Below, one piece after another: positions 8,178 through 17,300 of a stretch of DNA of 58,198 nt (positions within the stretch are counted from its first letter, which is position 1; each line of letters starts with the position of its first letter). The notes under the pieces were generated by a model, which worked only from the letters and a program-made list of their open reading frames with translations, had not been told where the DNA came from and did no database searches. The position numbers were made by a program, and so were the translations under genes. Origin of the DNA: Candidatus Harrisonbacteria bacterium (GTDB taxonomy: Bacteria > Patescibacteriota > Minisyncoccia > UBA6257 > UBA11618); NCBI GenBank assembly GCA_023244855.1, contig JAHFLO010000003.1:1-58198 (forward strand), written 5' to 3'.

Positions 8178-8552
8178 CTATTGGAGTTCGACGATTGCGC
8201 CTGCGGCTTCGAGCTTCTTCTTGAAGTCTTCCGCTTCGTCCTTCTTCAATCCTTCTTTCGCCACCTTCGGGGCGCCGTCGACGATTGCCTTCGCTTCTTG
8301 CAACCCAAGTCCCAAGACTTCCTTGATGACCTTGATTACTTGAATCTTCTGGCTGCCGCCGTCCTTCAAGAGGACGTTCCATGCGGTCTTTTCGTCTGCT
8401 GCAGCTGCGTCCCCTGCGCCGGCTCCTGCTGCTACGCCTACCGGCATCGCTGCCGAGATGCCGAACTTTTCTTCCATCGCCTTTACGAGCTCGGAGAGCT
8501 CAAGGGCGTTGAAGCCCGCGATCTTTTCTAAAATGTCGTTGAATTTTTCCAT
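8178..8552 (-). CDS. rplL: 50S ribosomal protein L7/L12
   Basis: 124 aa with an Ala/Gly-rich hinge ([14 protein letters not shown]) and a C-terminal domain [46 protein letters not shown]. Confidence 0.95.
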   Translation of the reverse strand: MEKFNDILEKIAGFNALELSELVKAMEEKFGISAAMPVGVAAGAGAGDAAAADEKTAWNVLLKDGGSQKIQVIKVIKEVLGLGLQEAKAIVDGAPKVAKEGLKKDEAEDFKKKLEAAGAIVELQ

Positions 8553-8565
8553 TGTCGTTTAATTA

Positions 8566-9072
8566 TTAGTTTGTCTGCTTCGCCCTTTCGTTTAACGCCA
8601 CCATTACCTTCTTTACCGGCATGGTAAGCATGAACGCGATCTGCGTAAGGAGTACTTCGCGCGACGGGAGCTTGGCGATTGCCACGAACTCGGCCGGCGT
8701 GATTTCTTTTTTGGTTACGAGGTCTACCCCGCCCAAAATCTGCAAGTTCTTCTTCGATTTCGCGATTTCTTTTACCAATGCGTGGATTTTTCCGGCGATT
8801 TCGAACACTTCGAGGGGGCTCGCGATCATACCTGCCTGTTGTTCAAATTTCGTCGAGGGGTCGAAGTCGATCCCTTTGTTCTTGAGCGCAATGCGCAAAA
8901 GACGCTTTTTTATAACGGTGAAGGATCCGCCCGTTTCGCGCATTAATATGCGCAATTTGCGGACTTCTGCCGTCGGTACGCTCGTGAAGTCGGCGAACAA
9001 GACGTTCTTGCTCTTGCCGATTATTTCTTCGCCGAGGGCGACTGCTTCTTTCTTTTCTGCTTTGGTTAGCAT
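8566..9072 (-). CDS. rplJ: 50S ribosomal protein L10
   Basis: 168 aa lying immediately upstream of rplL. The L10-like N-terminus is MLTKAEKKEAV...FADFTSVPTAEVRKLR. Confidence 0.9.
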   Translation of the reverse strand: MLTKAEKKEAVALGEEIIGKSKNVLFADFTSVPTAEVRKLRILMRETGGSFTVIKKRLLRIALKNKGIDFDPSTKFEQQAGMIASPLEVFEIAGKIHALVKEIAKSKKNLQILGGVDLVTKKEITPAEFVAIAKLPSREVLLTQIAFMLTMPVKKVMVALNERAKQTN

Positions 9073-9220
9073 TGTGTTGTTTTACCTCTCGATTAGTTTC
9101 GAGACGTTTTGCTTATAAAGCAAAACGCGACCGTTTAGTGGCCGCGGACGTAAGAGATGGGCATTACGAGTTAATGCTTTCCTCGGCAAGGGTTAGTTGC
9201 TGTCTGCGGAACGTGCTACT

Positions 9221-9249
9221 AATCTATAGAATCTTAGCTATTTTGTCAA
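9221..9249 (-). promoter_or_regulatory. putative promoter of rplJ-rplL
   Basis: Minus strand TTGACA (9249-9244), 17-nt spacer, TAGATT (9226-9221); alternatively a 15-nt spacer to TATAGA. This would leave a ~140-nt leader containing the hairpin GTTTTGC/GCAAAAC (9106-9126). Confidence 0.4.
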
Positions 9250-9251
9250 TT

Positions 9252-9914
9252 TTAGGCGTTTTCCTTGCGCCATTTTTCTATTTCTTTGTGGTGGCCGGAG
9301 ACGAGGACTTCCGGTACTTTCCATTCTTTTGTTTTTGAGGGCTTAAAAACTTCGGGGCGGGTGTAGGAAGGGTACGAACCTTTTATGCTTTCTAAAGATT
9401 CAATTTTACCGAGTACTTCTGGCACGAAGCGGCTTACCGCTTCTATTGCGATCATTGCCGGCAGTTCGCCACCCATAAGCACAAAATCCCCTACAGACAG
9501 TTCTTCGTCCGCCACGTGTTCCGCCACGCGTTCGTCCACGCCTTCGTACCGGCCGCAGATGAATACTAAGTTTTCGTATTGAGCGAGGCGTTCGGCTTCT
9601 GCGCCATCAAACTTTTTACCGCGGGTTGAAAATAATATGACACGGCTCTTTTTCGCTTTGCCTTTGGTTATTGCCTTTACGGCTTTATAAATTGGTTCCA
9701 CCCCCATTACCATCCCCGGTCCCCCGCCGTACGGTATGCCGTCCACCTTGCGGTGAATCCCCTCGCCCCACTCACGCAAATCGTGCGCTTGTATGGAAAT
9801 TTTCCCTGCCTCTTTTGCGCGCTTAAGGAGCGAGTAGTCCGTATAGGACCCCGCACCGAAGAGTTCCGGGAAGATTGTAACGACATGGAAATTTATTTTT
9901 TTAGGGGATGACAT
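9252..9914 (-). CDS. trmD: tRNA (guanine37-N1)-methyltransferase
   Basis: FHVVTIFPELF N-terminal motif, YGGGPGMVM SAM-binding knot motif, C-terminal PEVLVSGHHKEIEKWR. Confidence 0.9.
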   Translation of the reverse strand: MSSPKKINFHVVTIFPELFGAGSYTDYSLLKRAKEAGKISIQAHDLREWGEGIHRKVDGIPYGGGPGMVMGVEPIYKAVKAITKGKAKKSRVILFSTRGKKFDGAEAERLAQYENLVFICGRYEGVDERVAEHVADEELSVGDFVLMGGELPAMIAIEAVSRFVPEVLGKIESLESIKGSYPSYTRPEVFKPSKTKEWKVPEVLVSGHHKEIEKWRKENA

Positions 9915-9921
9915 ATAGTTT

Positions 9922-9963
9922 AATTTACTATAACTATGCCGGTCGGCATAGTTATAGTAAATT
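9922..9963. repeat. ~20-bp perfect AT-rich inverted repeat 9 nt upstream of the trmD start
   Basis: TTTACTATAACTATGCCG (9924-9941), GT, CGGCATAGTTATAGTAAA (9944-9961). Flanking AA/TT extend the pairing. Each arm carries an outward-facing TATAGT. Confidence 0.8.
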
Positions 9964-10011
9964 GCGATTTATATTTTAAATTAAAAAGTCAGATGCTCTG
10001 CTTCGTAAGAG

Positions 10012-10046
10012 AAAAACCGCGTTAGAGATATTCTAGCGCGGTTTTT
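10012..10046 (-). terminator. rho-independent terminator after the KH-domain gene
   Basis: Stem AAAACCGCG / CGCGGTTTT. On the minus strand it is followed by TTTTTCTCTT. Confidence 0.6.
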
Positions 10047-10066
10047 CAAATGACGTTGCGGGTTAT

Positions 10067-10402
10067 TTAGAAACCGTCAGTTTGCGTTTCCGCGTGCTGT
10101 TCCGGTTCCATGTGCTGTTCGGCGCTTTGTCCCATGCCGCGGGTCGATCCTTCCGGCTCTTCGATCTTCAAGTTAACGCGGGCGTTGTTCTTGATGCCGA
10201 CGATCCTAAGGAGCGAGCGGATGGATTTTGCCGTTGCGCCTTGGCGACCGACGACGTGGCCCATGTCCTTTTGGTTTACCTTAAGCGAAAGCAAAACGCC
10301 CATTTCGTCGATTTTGCGTTCGACTTTAACGTCTTCCGGCGTGTCTACAATAGACTTAACGAGGTATTCGAGGAATTCTTGGTCTGCGAATCGTTCTGCC
10401 AT
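10067..10402 (-). CDS. KH-domain RNA-binding protein (YlqC/UPF0109-like) with an acidic C-terminal tail
   Basis: KH core VGRQGATAKSIRSLLRIVG. It occupies the conserved position just after rpsP. Confidence 0.75.
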   Translation of the reverse strand: MAERFADQEFLEYLVKSIVDTPEDVKVERKIDEMGVLLSLKVNQKDMGHVVGRQGATAKSIRSLLRIVGIKNNARVNLKIEEPEGSTRGMGQSAEQHMEPEQHAETQTDGF

Positions 10403-10444
10403 TTCTGATATATATTTCTTATCTGCGACCTTTCGGCTTTTCTA

Positions 10445-10681
10445 CTATAGTACTACGCCTGCCTTTTTAAGCAAGGCGGAAACGGTGTCCGTGGGTTGAG
10501 CGCCCATTTTAACCCAATGCGTTACGCGCGGGCCGTTAAACTGCGATTTTTTCGTGTGCGGGTTGTACCAGCCGAGGTCTTCGAGCTGCTTGCCGTTCAA
10601 TTTTTCGCGCTTTTCGCCGACGATAAGGCGGTACATCGCCTGATGCTTCTTGCCGATGCGTTGGAGTTTTATGGCTAACAT
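10445..10681 (-). CDS. rpsP: 30S ribosomal protein S16
   Basis: MLAIKLQRIGKKHQAMYRLIV...GWYNP matches the S16 N-terminal signature. Confidence 0.9.
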   Translation of the reverse strand: MLAIKLQRIGKKHQAMYRLIVGEKREKLNGKQLEDLGWYNPHTKKSQFNGPRVTHWVKMGAQPTDTVSALLKKAGVVL

Positions 10682-10698
10682 TTGGGTACAGCATACTA

Positions 10699-10736
10699 TA
10701 AAAAAAGAACGCCGGCAAGTCCGTTTGCCGGCGTTC
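10699..10736 (-). terminator. rho-independent terminator after the pilin gene
   Basis: 11-bp GC-rich stem GAACGCCGGCA / TGCCGGCGTTC (10707-10717 / 10726-10736). On the minus strand it is followed by TTTTTTT. Confidence 0.75.
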
Positions 10737-10752
10737 GTGTTGTGAGGAGTAT

Positions 10753-11208
10753 TTATTCCAAGAGCGATTTAAGTTCGCTTAACCGCTCGTCAAAAGCTTC
10801 TTTTGCCTGCCCGACGTACGGCTCCTCAGCCGTTTTCATTAGGTTAAGGAATAGCCGCATTTCGACGCAGAGTTTATTTGCCTTTTTCGCTTTCGGCCAA
10901 TCTTTTTCCGCAAATTCAGCAAGGGCGACTTGGTGTTCTGCTAGGAAGGTATTGCTGCTTTCGAGGCGTTGCGCGAATCTCCCCTGTTCGCGTTCGCTTA
11001 GTACTTCCGTTTCATCCAACAGCTGTTTTACGGCGGTAACGAGGGCGCTTTCATAAGCTTTCTTGTAGGGGCCGAATGTCCTGATTTCTTCGGCCTCCAG
11101 TGCGGCCTCTCTCGCTTTTTGGACTGCTGGCGCAAGAAGGGCAATTAGGACGAGAACGATTGCTAAAAGGACAATAAATTCGACTAAGGTAAAACCTTTA
11201 CGGCTCAT
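10753..11208 (-). CDS. type IV pilin / pseudopilin-like protein (prepilin N-terminal cleavage-methylation motif)
   Basis: The N-terminus MSRKGFTLVEFIVLLAIVLVLIALLA carries the class III signal G|FTLVE followed by a hydrophobic helix. The C-terminal part is helical and unconserved. Confidence 0.75.
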   Translation of the reverse strand: MSRKGFTLVEFIVLLAIVLVLIALLAPAVQKAREAALEAEEIRTFGPYKKAYESALVTAVKQLLDETEVLSEREQGRFAQRLESSNTFLAEHQVALAEFAEKDWPKAKKANKLCVEMRLFLNLMKTAEEPYVGQAKEAFDERLSELKSLLE

Positions 11209-11273
11209 GGAACGTTCCTTTTGATTGGGTTATGGGGTGCTGCTAACGTCCCCGCTAGAATACGATAATTACC

Positions 11274-11963
11274 TTACTTTGTCGAGAGCATCTCTAATGC
11301 CTTCTTTGCGGCGTCTACTTCTGCTTCCTGCTTGGAATAACCTTCGCCCTCCGCCACGAATTCGTTTTCGAAGTAGACGCTTACCTTGAATATTTTTTTG
11401 TGTTCCGGCCCTGTTTCGCTTATTACACGGTAGTTGGGCGTCATCTTTTTCGTTGCCTGCGTCATTTCTTGTAGGGTGCTCTTGGGGTCGCGGTAGCTTG
11501 CCTCTTTCATAATCCCCTTGAGATTATTCATAACGAAATTCGCCACGAAGGAGCGTGCTGCCGTAAGGCCGCCGTCTAAGTAGAGGGCGCCTATTAGCGC
11601 TTCCATGGCGTTTGCGATGATAACTTCGCGCGCGCGGCCCGTATCCTTCGCTTCGCCGCGGGAGAGGAGAACGGACTTTTCGAGCGCGATGTCGTTACCC
11701 GCTTTTGCGAGCAATTGGTAGTTTACGAGCGCGGCGCGGATGGACGTAAGTTTTCCTTCGTCTTCGTCCGGAAAGCGGTTATATAATTCCTCGGTTACCG
11801 TAAGTTCAAGTACGGCATCGCCTAAAAATTCCAGCCGCTCATTGTGCGGTACCTCCCAGCCGGGGTTTTCGTTGCGGTACGAGCGGTGCGTTAAAGCCTC
11901 CTTTATAAGGGCTTTAGTATTGAAAGAATAATTGATTGTTTTTTCGAGTCCTAAAACGTTCAT
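11274..11963 (-). CDS. rnc: ribonuclease III
   Basis: Signature ERLEFLGDAVLE and a C-terminal dsRBD (PKSTLQE...GEGYSKQEAEVDAAKKAL). The ORF is trimmed to Met33 (ATG 11961-11963), which overlaps the stop of the upstream small ORF as ATGA. Confidence 0.9.
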   Translation of the reverse strand: MNVLGLEKTINYSFNTKALIKEALTHRSYRNENPGWEVPHNERLEFLGDAVLELTVTEELYNRFPDEDEGKLTSIRAALVNYQLLAKAGNDIALEKSVLLSRGEAKDTGRAREVIIANAMEALIGALYLDGGLTAARSFVANFVMNNLKGIMKEASYRDPKSTLQEMTQATKKMTPNYRVISETGPEHKKIFKVSVYFENEFVAEGEGYSKQEAEVDAAKKALEMLSTK

Positions 11964-12154
11964 GTTATTTTCTGCGTTATTCCGCACCACGGGCAGTGCC
12001 AGAGGGTCTTCTTTTGCGGCGCATCCCCTATACTCCACCATTTGCCGCAGTGCGCACAATGGAAGTGCGCAAGCGATTCCACTGACCGCGCATTACGCGG
12101 GGTTTTCTTCTTTGGCAGCGCCTTCGGGCTTTGCTTCGGTTCCGGCGTTTTCAT
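11960..12154 (-). CDS. small basic zinc-ribbon protein (hypothetical)
   Basis: 64 aa with a Lys/Pro-rich N-terminus, then CAHCG-x16-CPWCG (two CxxC knuckles). Its stop is coupled to the rnc ATG (ATGA). It overlaps the low-complexity tail of nusB by 62 nt in another frame. The SD is weak. Confidence 0.35.
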   Translation of the reverse strand: MKTPEPKQSPKALPKKKTPRNARSVESLAHFHCAHCGKWWSIGDAPQKKTLWHCPWCGITQKIT

Positions 12155-12575
12155 TTACCGCTTCGAGTTCTTTAAAAATAGTTCCCAAAACGCCGTTGAT
12201 GAATTTACCCGAGTTCGGGCCGCCGTAGTTTTTGACTATTTCTATAGCTTCGTTGATGGCGACCTTAGGCGGCACTTCTTCGGGGTTGGCGTAGAGCAAT
12301 TCGTAGAGGCCGATGCGCAGGGCGTTGCGGTCGATTATTGCGATGCGTTCCAAGGGCCACTCGGGCGCGGCTTTCGTGATAACGGCGTCTATCGCCTCTA
12401 AGTGCTTCTTTACGCCTTCGGCTATTTTACGTGCAAATTCCGGTTCGTCGATACCGGGGGCAAATTCTTCGAGGTTACGGTCGACGATTTTTTCCAAATC
12501 GTCTTTTTGACCAAAAAAATCCCATTCGTAGAGGGATTGGAGTACTACCGAGCGCGCTAATTGCCGAGTTGCCAT
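12093..12575 (-). CDS. nusB: transcription antitermination factor NusB
   Basis: Trimmed to Met25 (ATG 12573-12575). NusB-like features: [34 protein letters not shown] and [12 protein letters not shown]. Confidence 0.85.
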   Translation of the reverse strand: MATRQLARSVVLQSLYEWDFFGQKDDLEKIVDRNLEEFAPGIDEPEFARKIAEGVKKHLEAIDAVITKAAPEWPLERIAIIDRNALRIGLYELLYANPEEVPPKVAINEAIEIVKNYGGPNSGKFINGVLGTIFKELEAVNENAGTEAKPEGAAKEENPA

Positions 12576-12591
12576 ATAAAGGCAGTATAGC

Positions 12592-12759
12592 CTATTTCTT
12601 GCGGGAAGGGTACGTGCCGCACTGGGCGCACGCCTTGTGGGGAACAATCGGGCCTTTGCACTTGCTGCACGCCGCCATGTTCGTTTTCTTCATGGCTAAG
12701 TGGGACCGCCTGCGGCCTACTTTGCCCTTACTGTGATGCTTTACTGGTACGCCACCCAT
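12592..12759 (-). CDS. rpmF: 50S ribosomal protein L32 (55 aa, below the ORF-track length cut-off)
   Basis: Hand translation of the minus strand from ATG 12757-12759 gives [55 protein letters not shown], ending at TAG (12592-12594). This shows the L32 pattern: a basic N-terminus with RRSH plus CxxC...CxxCG. Confidence 0.8.
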   Translation of the reverse strand: MGGVPVKHHSKGKVGRRRSHLAMKKTNMAACSKCKGPIVPHKACAQCGTYPSRKK

Positions 12760-12794
12760 ATCTTCTGGATTTAAGATTAAGTTAAGTAGCCTTT

Positions 12795-12823
12795 AGTATG
12801 ACAAGATTCTTTAAAAAGGTCAA
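12795..12823 (-). promoter_or_regulatory. putative promoter of the rpmF-nusB-(Zn ribbon)-rnc unit
   Basis: Minus strand TTGACC (12823-12818), 17-nt spacer, CATACT (12800-12795). Confidence 0.4.
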
Positions 12824-12833
12824 TAAAGGAAAA

Positions 12834-13601
12834 TTATTTTAAAAATACCCTCCTCCCCTGCCATTGGTTATACAATTCGCTTTGCAAATCGTAGGAGGCT
12901 TTTTGAATAGCCTTTTGTTCTGCCGAGAGCCTTTTATTGTTAGCGGAAATTTCTTCAAGAGCTATCGTGCCGAAAAGTAATTGCTGTCTTCCCCATTCTC
13001 GGGTTTTTTCATCGCATAATGAGAAGCTGCACATTCGTGTAACGCGAAGAAGATCGTTAGCCTCCGCAAGTGATTGGCGGATTATTGGTGTTGGATTTCG
13101 ACGCATATAGTCGGCATTGTAGACAATTCTATTATTCAGTCTAGTAAGAAGATCTTTTTCATTTTGAAAATTTGGATCTTTTTTTAAAATTTTTAAATCG
13201 GGTTCTGGTCCCCCGAAGGCAATTTTTTCCCATCCCGAAGTGTAGTGGGGATTGAGCTTATTATTTTGGAAAAGAAGATTATTTGGCGTCAACCGCAAGG
13301 TTATGGTGTGGGTATACCAATCGTCCCGTTCTTGATACCCGTCGCTTATATGGAATAGAAAGTTGATTAATGCAGCTTCAAACTGCTCTGTATTAAATTT
13401 TTCATAATGCTTGAATATATCAAGCATGGCGAATGCGTCGAGGCATGCCATTCTCATTCTTGACCCGCTCCTTGGTAGTGGATTATTTAGATGGTCGCGA
13501 CATCCATTGATTTCAATGAAATTTTCAAGGCTTGTTTTCAGGCGTATATGAATACCTATTTCTCCTATAGCTATGGGTGCCGTAAAGATCAAAATCGTCA
13601 A
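12834..13601 (-). CDS. hypothetical protein, AT-rich orphan gene
   Basis: 255-aa ORF starting at TTG with no recognisable motif, TM segment or signal peptide. An alternative start is Met49 (ATG at 13457), preceded by AAGGAG 10 nt upstream. The DNA is visibly AT-richer than both neighbours. Confidence 0.5.
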   Translation of the reverse strand: MTILIFTAPIAIGEIGIHIRLKTSLENFIEINGCRDHLNNPLPRSGSRMRMACLDAFAMLDIFKHYEKFNTEQFEAALINFLFHISDGYQERDDWYTHTITLRLTPNNLLFQNNKLNPHYTSGWEKIAFGGPEPDLKILKKDPNFQNEKDLLTRLNNRIVYNADYMRRNPTPIIRQSLAEANDLLRVTRMCSFSLCDEKTREWGRQQLLFGTIALEEISANNKRLSAEQKAIQKASYDLQSELYNQWQGRRVFLK

Positions 13602-13695
13602 GGGTGTAAAAAAAATTTAAAAACTCCTGTTTTTAATTTAAAATTCATCATATTAAGAGTAGCAGAAATCACAATTTTATTGTATTTCATAAATT

Positions 13696-14265
13696 TTAAG
13701 TTTTAAGAAAGGTAAGGCGGTGAATAAGACATGCTCCGTGGCGTTTTAGGGCTTTGTAGTGTTCTTTCGTGCCGTAGCCTTTGTTTTCTTTAAAATTATA
13801 GGCCGGATAGCGCTTATGCATACGTTCCATAAAGCCATCACGGGCGACTTTAGCGAGGATAGACGCTAGGGCGATTGCGGGGATTTTCTCGTCCCCTTTT
13901 ATGATCGCCTTTTGCGGAACGACTTTAGGGAGCCGTAGTCCCGCGTCGAGCAGGGCGGGAGCGCTGGAATTACCAGTCACTTTCTTATATGCACGATACG
14001 CCGCACGGTTAGCCGCTTGGGAGATATTGATACTGTCTATGGTTGTAGGTGCCGACCGCGCGACGGCATATTTTATTTCTTTGTGGGTTTTAATCCATGC
14101 GCACCATGCCCCACGTTGCTTCTCGGTAAGTTTTTTTGAGTCACGCAGCGGCAGGCCGGAGCTTTTCAAATCCATAATATCCGGTAGCGCAACGCAAGCA
14201 ACTACCACCGGCCCCGCAAGCGGCCCGCGCCCCACTTCGTCTATGCCGATTATCTCCATTTGCAT
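13696..14265 (-). CDS. rnhB: ribonuclease HII
   Basis: IGIDEVGRGPLAGPVV active-site motif, plus DSKKLT and ASILAKVARD motifs. Confidence 0.9.
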   Translation of the reverse strand: MQMEIIGIDEVGRGPLAGPVVVACVALPDIMDLKSSGLPLRDSKKLTEKQRGAWCAWIKTHKEIKYAVARSAPTTIDSINISQAANRAAYRAYKKVTGNSSAPALLDAGLRLPKVVPQKAIIKGDEKIPAIALASILAKVARDGFMERMHKRYPAYNFKENKGYGTKEHYKALKRHGACLIHRLTFLKT

Positions 14266-14334
14266 TCATAGTATCGAATTACCGGCAACTAGCCACTAGC
14301 CGTTTTTAAAATATTCCCCCATACTTTTATCGAT

Positions 14335-17300
14335 ATGAAATTCGTCCATCTGCACACGCATAGCCATTATTCTTTGCTTGATGGCCTTGCGAAGCCTACG
14401 GAGCTTGTGGCGCGGGCAAAGGAATTAGGGATGGAGGCCTTAGCCTTAACCGACCACGGTAATTTGTATGGCGCTATTGAGTTTTACCAGCTTGCAAAGA
14501 AGGCGGGCATAAAGCCCATTTTAGGCGTGGAGGCATATATTTGCCCACGTACGCGCTTTGATAAAGCGCATGGTGCAGATGATAAGAGCTATCACTTAAC
14601 GCTTTTAGTCGAAAACAAAACGGGCTGGCATAACTTAATGAAGCTCGTCACGAAGGCTAATCTTGAAGGCTTTTATTACAAGCCGCGCATGGACCGTGAG
14701 TTGCTCAAGATGCACCACGAGGGGCTTATTGCTCTTTCGGGCTGCGCTTCGGGCGAATTAATACGCACAATTCTTAAAAGCGGCATGGCGGCGGCAGAGC
14801 AGGTGGTGCGTGACTACGAAGAAATCTTTGGTAAAGGCAATTACTTTTTAGAAATCGGCCACCACCCTAACTTTTCGCCCAAGGACCATGCGGTCGTAAA
14901 GCCTGCGCTTATAGAGCTTTCTAAAAAGTTCGGTATACCGCTCGTTGCCACGCAAGACATTCATTATTTAAAAAAAGAAGACGCCGAGTACCACGACATA
15001 CTGCTCGCGGTCGGCACTGGCAACCGTATTACGGACGAAAAGCGGTTAACCTTGAAGGCTGACGATTTTTCTATGCGCAGCCCCGAAGAAATGGCGGAGT
15101 GTTTTGTGGATTTACCGGAGGCGCTGGAACAAACGGTAGTAATTGCTGAGCGGTGTAATATAGAGCTCACGCTCGGTAAGAGTATTTTGCCCGTATTCCC
15201 CTTACCAGAAGGCGAAACGGATAATTCGTACCTTATGCGGCTTGTGCATGAGCGCACAGCAGGGCGGTACCCCGAAAAAACAAAGGAAGTTGAAGAGCGC
15301 GTTGCCTATGAGCTCTCCGTTATCGCCGGTACGGGCTACGCTGGCTACTTCCTTATCGTGCAGGATTTTATTAACTGGGCGAAAGATCGCGGTATCGTCG
15401 TCGGCCCTGGCAGAGGTTCCGCCGCCGGCAGTATCACCGCTTATATATTAGGTATTACGAACGTCGACCCGCTCCCCTACAACCTACTCTTCGAGCGTTT
15501 TTTGAACCCCGACCGTATCCAAATGCCCGACATCGACGTTGACATCGCCGACTCCCGCCGCGGCGAAGTCTTAGGCTACTTAAAAGAGAAATATGGCGAT
15601 GACCGCGTGGCTAACATCATCACCTTCGGTACTATGGCTGCGCGCGCCGCGGTGCGCGATGTTGGGCGTGCTCTCGGTGCTGATTATTCGCTATGCGACA
15701 AGCTCGCGAAGCTCATCCCCTTTAAGGTGGGGCAAGAATTAGCCGCGGCGCTTGAAACTACCGAAGACTTGCGGTCGTTCATCGCGAGCGACCCTATGGC
15801 GAAGCGCATAATAGATGCCGCCGGCCACTTAGAAGGCGTTGCGCGGCACGCTTCGGTGCACGCATGCGGTACGGTGGTTGCTCCTGGTACGCTTTCTGAT
15901 TATCTTCCCCTGCAGTACGCGCCGCAGGACCCGTCTACCATCGTTACGCAGTTTGAAATGCATGCGGTTGAATCGCTTGGCATTTTAAAGATGGATATTT
16001 TAGGGTTGAAGAACCTTAGTATTCTTGAAGAGGCAATCCGCTTGGTGCGGGAGGCCGGCAAGGGCGAAATCGACGCAAACCATTTGCCGCAGGGCGACGA
16101 AAAAACGTATGCCATGTTGCGCGAGGGCGACACGACGGGCGTCTTCCAGTTTGAATCCGCCGGCATGCGCCGCTACATGAAGCTCTTGAAGCCGAACCAG
16201 CTTGAAGACTTGGTGGCGCTTGTTGCTTTGTACCGCCCCGGCCCGATGGAATCTATTCCGTCTTTCATTGACCGCAAACATGGCAAAGAAAAAATTACAT
16301 ATTTACACCCCAAGCTTGAGCCGATTCTTCGCCCTACGTACGGCATCGGCGTGTACCAAGAACAGATGATGCAAATCGCCCGCGATTTGGCGGGCTACAC
16401 GCTGGCCGAAGCCGATACTTTACGTAAGGCTATTGGTAAAAAGATTCAGGCGCTTCTCGACGAGCAACGCGAAAAGATTATTAAGGGTATGGTTGCGCGC
16501 GATATCCCCATGGACGTTGCTAAAGAAATTTGGGAACTATTCCCTTCGTTCGCCCGCTATGGCTTCAACAAGAGCCATGCCGTGTGTTATGCCGTTATTG
16601 GTTACCAGACGGCGTACCTGAAGGCGAATTATCCGGTAGAGCTTATGACCGCCCTCCTTAATGCTGATGCGGGCGATACCGAGCGCATGACATTCCTCGT
16701 CGCCGAATGCGCGAAGATGGGCATACAAGTACTACCGCCTGATATTAATAAGAGTGCGGTTAACTTTGCGCCCGAAGAACAGAATATTCGTTTCGGGCTC
16801 TTGGCTATTAAAAACGTTGGTGCAAATATTGTGGATGCGCTTGTTGCCGAACGGAATGCGGGCGGCCCGTTCGCCACGCTTGCGGAGCTTTTATACCGCG
16901 TGCACCACAAAGATTTGAACAAGAAGTCGCTCGAAAGCCTTATGAAAGCGGGTGCGCTCGACTCGCTCGGTACGAGCCGGTCTACGCTTATCGGCAACCT
17001 TGAAGAAATTATTAAATTCAGTTCGCTCGTTAAGAAGTCGAAGAACGAGTCACAGGCAGGGCTCTTTGGCGGCGCCGTCATCTCCTCAAATGCCTTGAAG
17101 CTTGCGCCTATGCCCGAAATCCCTTCCGCCGAGCAGTTGCAGTGGGAGAAAGAATTAATTGGCTTTTATATATCGAGTCACCCGCTTGAGGCGTACAAGG
17201 AAAAACTTACGGCAATCAAGGCGCGGCCGATAAAAGAAGCGCTTTTAGTAAAAGCGGTTAAGGAGGAAGTAATCGTGGGTGGGCTCGTTGCTGCGGTGCG

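Noticed and set aside
8181-9118. Plus-strand ORFs antisense to rplL and rplJ (8181-8531, 8621-9118). Similar antisense ORFs lie across murF, ftsI, rsmH, dnaE, gatB, gyrB, pheT and pheS.
   Set aside because: They lie opposite unmistakable conserved genes and have no start or SD signals or motifs.
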